Shown one piece after another: positions 19,819-26,732 of a DNA stretch of 34,313 nt. A program made the position numbers and the translations under genes. The stretch covers positions 26,097-60,409 of the forward strand of contig MGYM01000003.1 of NCBI GenBank assembly GCA_001801745.1. Reading direction: 5' to 3'. The DNA is from Gammaproteobacteria bacterium RIFCSPLOWO2_02_FULL_38_11 (GTDB lineage: Bacteria; Pseudomonadota; Gammaproteobacteria; HIGHO2-12-38-15). A model generated the notes under the pieces. The model was not told the origin of the DNA. It did no database searches and saw only the letters and a list, made by a program, of their open reading frames with translations. Within the stretch, counting starts at the first letter, position 1. Every line of letters starts with the position of its first letter.

Positions 19819-21423
19819 ATGACTCTCATTCTCCAGCACGACAAAAGAACTTTGTTAGCCGATTTTGTTTTAGCTGCCACCCGACATCAAAAAATTATTC
19901 TAAGTGACGCATCCAAGCATCGCGTTGCTTTATCCAGAAAAAAATTAGAATCTTTTGTTGAAAAAAATAGAATTATTTACGGTGTTAACACAAGCTGCGG
20001 TGGTTTTGTTTCCTGGCTAGTACCGATAGAACACGCACAAACCCTACAAGAAAATTTAATTAATGCTGTCGCCACCAACGTGGGTTCTTATCTTGACGAT
20101 ATTACTGTCCGAGCCATTATGTTAGCTCGCATTATCTCATTAAGCAGAGGCAACTCTGCAATTTCTCTAGAAAATCTTGAAAAATTAATTGCAATCTATA
20201 ATGCCGGCATCATTCCTGCCATCCCCGAGAAAGGTTCTTTGGGCACAAGCGGTGATCTAGGGCCCCTTGCCGCCATAGCACTGGTTTGTGTTGGTCAATG
20301 GCGCGCAAAATACATTAATGGCGAATTCTTACCTGCCAGCGAGACACTTTGTCTTGCAAATATCGAACCCATGAAACTTAGCTTCAAAGAAGGTTTGGCT
20401 TTGATAAATGGCACATCAGGCATGGTCGGTCTAGGCAGCATTGTCTATTCGGATGCTGAAAATCTTCTGACTCGTTACATTGATTTTTCTGCTTTATCTT
20501 TTGAAGGCTTAAATGCAAAAGGCAAACCATTTGATCCTCGCGTTCACCAGATGAAACCTCATAAAGGACAACTCTCTGTTGCAGAACAACTTTGGGAAGT
20601 CTTAAAAGACTCAAAACTCATTATTGATGAAGCTACCATTGAAAATATTCTCAGAGAAGAGATAAATAATAATATCAAACAGGGGACTCACCAAATTGAA
20701 GACGCGTATTCTATTCGCTGCACACCTCAAATATTAGGACCTATTGTTGATATTTTTAAATTTATTAAACAAACACTAGAAGACGAACTCAATTCCTCTA
20801 ACGATAATCCACTTATCTCACCGGAAGATGATGAAATATTTCATAATGGCCATTTTCACGGACAATATGTTGCATTAGCAATGGATAACCTGACCATCGC
20901 TCTCACCACACTTTCTAATTTAGCCAATCGGCGCGTGGGTCGTTTTTTAGATGCGCGTAATAGCGAAGGCTTACCCCCGTTTTTATGCGCAGAAAATCCG
21001 GGTTTAAATTTAGGATTAATGGGAGGACAATTCATGACAGCGTCTCTCACTGCAGAAAATAGATCGCTTTGCGTCCCTTTATCCATTCAATCGCTGACGA
21101 GTACTGCCGATTTTCAAGATATTGTCTCCTTTGGGTTTGTTGCCGCTCGTCGCGCAAAAGAAGTTTTACAAAATACAAAATATATTATTGCCTTTGAACT
21201 CCTTTGTGCTTGCCAAGCAGTGGAGATGCGTGGTGCCGAAAAATTAAGTACGGTAACAAAAACCATTTACCAACAAATCAGAGAAATTGTACCTTTCATA
21301 AAACGTGATATCACCATCACTGATTACATCGAGAAAATCGTATCAGACGTATTAACGGAGAAATTATTTCGTGAGCATAGAAATTCAACCAGAACTTTAC
21401 AAGATACCGGATTACTTGTCTGA
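19819..21423 (+). CDS. MIO-dependent phenylalanine aminomutase/ammonia-lyase, AdmH/EncP-like
   Basis: YGVNTS.GGF, LQ.NLINAVATNVG, GSLGTSGDLGPLA (Thr-Ser-Gly MIO instead of Ala-Ser-Gly), KEGLALINGT, DAYSIRC.PQ, NDNP, GHFHG, DFQDIVSFG. These blocks match my recollection of andrimid AdmH. Confidence 0.9.
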   Translation: MTLILQHDKRTLLADFVLAATRHQKIILSDASKHRVALSRKKLESFVEKNRIIYGVNTSCGGFVSWLVPIEHAQTLQENLINAVATNVGSYLDDITVRAIMLARIISLSRGNSAISLENLEKLIAIYNAGIIPAIPEKGSLGTSGDLGPLAAIALVCVGQWRAKYINGEFLPASETLCLANIEPMKLSFKEGLALINGTSGMVGLGSIVYSDAENLLTRYIDFSALSFEGLNAKGKPFDPRVHQMKPHKGQLSVAEQLWEVLKDSKLIIDEATIENILREEINNNIKQGTHQIEDAYSIRCTPQILGPIVDIFKFIKQTLEDELNSSNDNPLISPEDDEIFHNGHFHGQYVALAMDNLTIALTTLSNLANRRVGRFLDARNSEGLPPFLCAENPGLNLGLMGGQFMTASLTAENRSLCVPLSIQSLTSTADFQDIVSFGFVAARRAKEVLQNTKYIIAFELLCACQAVEMRGAEKLSTVTKTIYQQIREIVPFIKRDITITDYIEKIVSDVLTEKLFREHRNSTRTLQDTGLLV

Positions 21424-22495
21424 TATTTCAGTTAAAAAATCTCAAAAAATCATAATTGATCTTTCAGCAAATGAAAATGCGCTAGGTCCTTCACCCATGG
21501 CAGTTTCTGCCTTCGTTGAATCTACACAAACGCTATCACGTTATCCTGATGGGGAATGTCGACAATTAAGACTTGCCCTCGCGAATAAACATATTTTAGA
21601 TCCAAATCAAATAGCTTGTGGCGCAGGCTCTGATGAGCTTATTTCATTGATTACCCGAGCTTTTGTTAAACCGGGTGATGAAGTACTTTTCCCAGAGTTT
21701 GGTTTTATTATGTATAAGCTCCATGCTTTAAAACAATTTGCTATTCCTATTGAAGCCCCTTCCTACAACTTAAATCCTGATATTGATACGCTGCTATCCC
21801 ACATTACAAAGAAAACAAAATTAATTTTTATCGCCAATCCAAATAACCCCACCGGAAGTTATCTACCAAAAAATAAAATTAAAATTCTATTAGAAAAAAT
21901 CCCGAAACATATCCCTTTAGTGATTGATTCTGCTTATTCTGAACTTATTAGGTTTGATGACTACAGCGACAGCATGGAGTTTACTCAACAACATTCCAAT
22001 TTAATTATTCTAAAAACGTTTTCTAAAATATATGCTCTCGCAGCATTAAGAGTAGGTTGGTGTTATGGATCACATACTCTAATAGACTTAATTCACCGTG
22101 TTCGCGGTCCTTACAATGTAAGCACACCAGCACAACAGGCAGCGATAGCAGCACTTAAAGATGACGAACATACTGAACTTTCTTATCAACACAATAAAAA
22201 ATGGTTAGCAGAGCTTAATTCATCACTTATAAACTTAGGATTACGCGTTACAGCCTCTGTAGGTAATTTCATTTTGCTTAAACTAAAAGATGAAAAGCAG
22301 GCAGATCATCTTTATTCTTTTTTATTAAATCAAGGCATCCTCGTCAGACCTTTAAAAAATTACAATTTGAATAATTACCTTCGAATTACAGTCGGTCTTG
22401 AAAAAGAAAACTTAAGTTTTATTGAAACCATGAAAACTTATGTTTGCGCACTCAAAGACAAACCCTCAAGCGCGCATTCACATACGACAGATTAG
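21371..22495 (+). CDS. Class I/II PLP aminotransferase, histidinol-phosphate/aromatic aminotransferase (HisC-like)
   Basis: LSANENALGPSP, RYPD, GAGSDELI, ANPNNPTG, DSAY, KTFSKIYALAALRVG (PLP Lys), LRITVG. GTG start with GGAG SD overlaps the upstream gene by 53 nt. No other his genes nearby. Confidence 0.88.
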   Translation: MSIEIQPELYKIPDYLSDISVKKSQKIIIDLSANENALGPSPMAVSAFVESTQTLSRYPDGECRQLRLALANKHILDPNQIACGAGSDELISLITRAFVKPGDEVLFPEFGFIMYKLHALKQFAIPIEAPSYNLNPDIDTLLSHITKKTKLIFIANPNNPTGSYLPKNKIKILLEKIPKHIPLVIDSAYSELIRFDDYSDSMEFTQQHSNLIILKTFSKIYALAALRVGWCYGSHTLIDLIHRVRGPYNVSTPAQQAAIAALKDDEHTELSYQHNKKWLAELNSSLINLGLRVTASVGNFILLKLKDEKQADHLYSFLLNQGILVRPLKNYNLNNYLRITVGLEKENLSFIETMKTYVCALKDKPSSAHSHTTD

Positions 22496-23223
22496 CAAGC
22501 AGAAGATGAGGCTGTGGATGAGGCTGTGATAGCAGTTGTTTGACTTGCCTCTGAGTTATCACTCTTATAATCCGCCTCATAACTTAGCTTATATGTACCT
22601 TTACCTGCAGATTTTGGATCACCACGAAATTTGAAAAAAGCAATCTGAGAACAATTAGATAAATGCGTACCTCCACACCCCGCCGGCTTATATTCTCCTA
22701 CTTGAATCTGACGCCCTTCTTGATTAAGTACATGAACAGGCATCTCCTGATTAATCGCCCGATCTATCTCACCTTGGACTATTTCTTTAAATCCTTGTTT
22801 ATCTGACGGTACTGGACCACGAAAAATATAATAAGCTTCTCCTGGAAATTGATGCCCCTTCTCTGCCACAGCAGGGGGATATTTAGTTTCTACAACGGCA
22901 GCAAGAAGATGACCTGCTGTATGCAATGCGGCATATTGTAATCTTAAGTTAGAATCAATTTTTAAAGCGACTGCCTGACCAATATTAAGCACGCCCGACT
23001 TATCAACATAATGATTAAGTTCACCCCCCTCAACCTCTTTTAAAGCAGTAACATTAATAATTCCATCAATGCTGCCCGAATCAGATTTTTGTCCTCCACC
23101 TTGAGGATGAAAAATCGTTTGATCTAATCTCACCCATTCACCCTTTTCATCACTGCCAACTGCAGTTACTACCGCCTTAAGTTCAAAACAAAATGTATTT
23201 TCTAAAAAGACCCTTCTTACCAT
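22492..23223 (-). CDS. Free-standing alanyl-tRNA editing protein (AlaX/AlaXp-M type)
   Basis: DQTIFHPQGGGQ.SD.G, plus HTAGH (HxxxH) and CGGTH (CxxxH) Zn motifs. AAGGGGGA SD before ATG 23223. Ser/Thr/Ala tail. Confidence 0.88.
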   Translation of the reverse strand: MVRRVFLENTFCFELKAVVTAVGSDEKGEWVRLDQTIFHPQGGGQKSDSGSIDGIINVTALKEVEGGELNHYVDKSGVLNIGQAVALKIDSNLRLQYAALHTAGHLLAAVVETKYPPAVAEKGHQFPGEAYYIFRGPVPSDKQGFKEIVQGEIDRAINQEMPVHVLNQEGRQIQVGEYKPAGCGGTHLSNCSQIAFFKFRGDPKSAGKGTYKLSYEADYKSDNSEASQTTAITASSTASSSAC

Positions 23224-23287
23224 ACATATCCCCCTTATTTGTTTAGATAAAAATATTTTTCCGAGATCCCTAACACGAAACATTTTT

Positions 23288-23896
23288 TTAAACTCCACTC
23301 AACAACATCCAAACAGCAACTGCTGCTAATAATATCCCATAAAAATAATTTTGAACCTTTGAAAACGATCCCACAAATATTGTTTTAACTAAGAAGACAC
23401 CCAAGAATGACCACAAAAAATTATTTATCAAATTTAAAACAAGAGTTGCCGACACAAACAATAAAATAAGCCAAGATGAATCTGCTTGAGGTTTGCTAAA
23501 AACAGAAAAAAGCATGATAAGAGAGAGCCACACCTTAGGATTTAATATTTCGACAAGCACACCTTGCATCATCGAAGCACAATCTATACGCGCATTATCT
23601 ATTTTTTTTTCATTGACCTTCGAAAAGAAAAAAACAGAAGCCAAATAAAACATATAAATCACACCAGAGAAATATAAAACATAAAACAAGACATGATAAC
23701 GTTCAAATAAGTGAGCGATACCAAAAGCAATTAATATCAATTGCAACACAAGTCCTAAATTAATTCCGGCGATCAGTGGCATAGAACGACGTAACCCAAA
23801 AGAAGCCCCGTTAGATGCAACTAAAATATTCGTGGGGCCTGGACTATACATCAGCGGAATCATCACCAACGACCAAGCAACAATATGTTCAAACAT
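23288..23896 (-). CDS. LysE/RhtB-family amino-acid exporter
   Basis: SPGPTN near the N-terminus, NPK motif and about six hydrophobic segments in 202 aa. Confidence 0.9.
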   Translation of the reverse strand: MFEHIVAWSLVMIPLMYSPGPTNILVASNGASFGLRRSMPLIAGINLGLVLQLILIAFGIAHLFERYHVLFYVLYFSGVIYMFYLASVFFFSKVNEKKIDNARIDCASMMQGVLVEILNPKVWLSLIMLFSVFSKPQADSSWLILLFVSATLVLNLINNFLWSFLGVFLVKTIFVGSFSKVQNYFYGILLAAVAVWMLLSGV

Positions 23897-25274
23897 AGTT
23901 CTTATTCAATTGCGAAACAGGAAACAATTTCCCTGGATTCATTCTGTTTTTAGGATCAATAGCACACTTTATACGGCACATCTCTTCTAATGCTAATCCA
24001 TGCTCCAGTGACAGATAGTCCATCTTTCCTTGTCCTACCCCGTGCTCTCCCGTGCACGTGCCGTCCCATTGTATGGCAAGCCTATTTAAATGATCAATAA
24101 AGTCTTTTACTTGACTTACTTCCGCTTCTTTTTCAGGATCAAGCAACACTAACACATGAAAATTACCATCACCCACATGTCCAATGATCGCAGCACTTAA
24201 TTGTCTAAGCTCAATTTCGCGTTGACATGCCTTGATACACTCTGCCAATGTCGAAATCGGCACACATACATCCGTGGAAACACCTTTTTTCCCAGGAAAA
24301 AGACTATGGATCGCCCACCACGCATCATGACGCGCGCGCCATAATGACGCTCTTTCTTCTTCTTTATTCGCCCAAGAAAATGCGCCGCCTTGATTCATCA
24401 TCACCACTTCATGGAAACGCTCGATTTCATGCGAAGTATGTACTTTGCTACCATGAAATTCCAAAAAAAGTGTCGGCTTTTCTATTAGATTCAATTTTGA
24501 ATATATATTACAAGCATGAATTGATGTTACATCTAATAATTCGATTCTTGCAAAATCAATCCCCAGTTGATTTCCCAAAATAACAGCGTTACATGCGTCA
24601 TTTATTGTTTCAAAAGAACAAACACCCGATACAGTAGATTCAGGAATACCATATAGTTTTAATGTTAACTCCGTGATAATGCCTAATGTTCCTTCTGACC
24701 CAATAAACAGTTTTGTTAAATCATACCCTGCCGAAGATTTCTTGGCGCGCGTACCCACTTTAATTAATTTCCCACTCGGCAGTACTATTTCCATCGCCAT
24801 AACATTTTCTTTCATTGTGCCATAACGCACTGCGTTAGTTCCTGAGGCACGCGTTGCAGCCATGCCACCTAAAGTCGCGTCCGCACCCGGATCAACTGGG
24901 AAGAATAAACCCGTATCATGAAGCATTTGATTTAATTGCTGACGTGTTACACCTGGTTGTACGACAACTTGCATATCCTCTGTATACACTTTTAGAATTT
25001 TATTCATCCTAGAAAGATCCAAGCAAACTCCACCCAAAGGTGCATTCACCTGCCCTTCCAGCGAAGTACCCGCTCCAAAAGGAATGAGTGGAAAATCATG
25101 GGTGTTACACAAGGCCACAACCTGCATCACCTCTTCTTTGGATTCCACAAACACAACCATGTGGGGAGGCTGTCTCTTTATCCAAGATAAATTTTCACAA
25201 TGCTGCTCAAGCACAGAAGGGTGTTCTGAAAATCTATCATCAAATATTGCTTTTAAAGCATTAGCAATCATCAC
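23889..25274 (-). CDS. FAD-linked oxidoreductase, D-lactate/D-2-hydroxyacid dehydrogenase (GlcD/Dld family)
   Basis: PFGAGTSLEG, FPVDPGADATLGGM, SSAGYDL, GSEGTLG, GHVGDGNFH, TGEHGVG, MNPGK. Start (GTG 25274 or ATG 25271) overlaps the holA stop. Confidence 0.92.
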   Translation of the reverse strand: MMIANALKAIFDDRFSEHPSVLEQHCENLSWIKRQPPHMVVFVESKEEVMQVVALCNTHDFPLIPFGAGTSLEGQVNAPLGGVCLDLSRMNKILKVYTEDMQVVVQPGVTRQQLNQMLHDTGLFFPVDPGADATLGGMAATRASGTNAVRYGTMKENVMAMEIVLPSGKLIKVGTRAKKSSAGYDLTKLFIGSEGTLGIITELTLKLYGIPESTVSGVCSFETINDACNAVILGNQLGIDFARIELLDVTSIHACNIYSKLNLIEKPTLFLEFHGSKVHTSHEIERFHEVVMMNQGGAFSWANKEEERASLWRARHDAWWAIHSLFPGKKGVSTDVCVPISTLAECIKACQREIELRQLSAAIIGHVGDGNFHVLVLLDPEKEAEVSQVKDFIDHLNRLAIQWDGTCTGEHGVGQGKMDYLSLEHGLALEEMCRIKCAIDPKNRMNPGKLFPVSQLNKNYV

Positions 25275-26230
25275 TTAGAACCCCACTTCACAATCAAATT
25301 TTCTAAACCTTCCCAAACTAACTTAGTTTCTCCACCTTTAATAGCACCATCAAGCAAAAGCGCGTCTTTCAAAAAATATTCCCACTCTGAAGCTGAACGT
25401 CGTTTCAACGCTTGATTCATCGTTATTTTTTGTTTTTCAAATTTACACGTCCCTTGAATCACATCACGAATCGCCTGCGTTAAACTCCATACTATTAACA
25501 CAACTTCAATTCCCTGATCTTTTAATTTTTCCAAAATTTTTAATGCTCTCTCAGACTGCCCCAAAAGCAAAGGATCCGTTAAATCAAACACTTGAAATCT
25601 TGAATCATCTTCCACAAAACTTTCAATATCTTGAACATTTAGTTTTTTATTTTCATATAAAATAGACAGCTTTTCGATATCTTGTGATAAGGCCGATAAA
25701 TTGTTTTCTCCACGCCGCGCAAGCAAATTTAAACTTTCTTCATCACAACTTAAATTTAATTTTTTCATACGTTGTTGAATCCATTTTTTTAATCTCAAAA
25801 AATCATAAGGCCACAGAGGAATAAAAACACCGTCTTTCATCAAAGCTTTAAACCAAGCGCTATTTTGCTGCGCTTGAGATAATTTTCCGCTACGAATCAA
25901 TAACAGTGTTTCTTTTGAAAAAGATTTCCCATAACGCACAAATTCCTTTGTTAACTTTTCAGGGATTTTTGAAGTCAGAATAAATAACTCGATGATTTTT
26001 TTGTCTGAAAATAAAGATAAATTTTCAGTATGTGCTTGGAAATTTTGAAAATCAAAACTTGAATCTTCAATAAAAAAAAATTCTTTTTCCTCAAAACTAT
26101 TTTCTTTGGCACGAAGACAAATTTTTTCAAAAACCTCATCAATCAATAAAGTTTCTTCACCTGAGACCCAATATATTGGCGCCAACTTTTTCTTCAAATG
26201 CTCACAAAGCGCTTCTTGATTTATTTTCAT
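25271..26230 (-). CDS. holA: DNA polymerase III delta subunit
   Basis: LAPIYWVSGEE.LL, SLFSDKKIIEL, NL.AL.Q.IEKL; conserved leuS-lptE-holA order. Start at ATG 26230. Confidence 0.9.
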   Translation of the reverse strand: MKINQEALCEHLKKKLAPIYWVSGEETLLIDEVFEKICLRAKENSFEEKEFFFIEDSSFDFQNFQAHTENLSLFSDKKIIELFILTSKIPEKLTKEFVRYGKSFSKETLLLIRSGKLSQAQQNSAWFKALMKDGVFIPLWPYDFLRLKKWIQQRMKKLNLSCDEESLNLLARRGENNLSALSQDIEKLSILYENKKLNVQDIESFVEDDSRFQVFDLTDPLLLGQSERALKILEKLKDQGIEVVLIVWSLTQAIRDVIQGTCKFEKQKITMNQALKRRSASEWEYFLKDALLLDGAIKGGETKLVWEGLENLIVKWGSK

Positions 26231-26732
26231 TTGTTTCCCATGCGTTAAGCTCGCCAATCAATTGACTGGCTAAATCACGCCGCATCTCTATTAATAAAGA
26301 TTCTGGAATGACATTGCCAGCCAAAGCTTGGTTCGTATTGATCGTAAAATCACGCACACAACGAATGGTGCGAGGAGAAATCAATTCCCGCCCCTGGTGA
26401 TTTAACAAACGATACGTTAAAGCATACGTTAACGTATTGACACTCACTTGATTACTGAAACCAAAACCAATCGATTCCGTCGTTTTTTCCACTTTTTTTA
26501 TATCAAGCGTATAAGAAGCTTGATTTGAAATCTCCACCACACGCACACCCGCTGATTTTAAAGCCGCAGCTAAAGTTTTCGTTAAATGCCCATAAGGCTC
26601 AGAGGTTTGTATATAAATCGATTTCATCAAGACTAAACAATAATCTTGGCCTCGTAAATGAAATCCACAAGCAGAAAGGATACTTAATAAAAAAATAAAA
26701 AAAAGGAGTTTAATTTTCACGTCACGTCTCAT
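26202..26732 (-). CDS. lptE: LPS-assembly lipoprotein LptE
   Basis: Lipobox LSAC followed by GFHLRG; located between leuS and holA. Confidence 0.9.
   Translation of the reverse strand: MRRDVKIKLLFFIFLLSILSACGFHLRGQDYCLVLMKSIYIQTSEPYGHLTKTLAAALKSAGVRVVEISNQASYTLDIKKVEKTTESIGFGFSNQVSVNTLTYALTYRLLNHQGRELISPRTIRCVRDFTINTNQALAGNVIPESLLIEMRRDLASQLIGELNAWETNENKSRSAL

Noticed and set aside
19819-21423. Histidine ammonia-lyase (hutH) call, suggested by the adjacent hisC-like gene
   Set aside because: TSG triad and NAVA specificity segment fit AdmH/EncP-type Phe enzymes; no hutU, hutI or hutG in the window.
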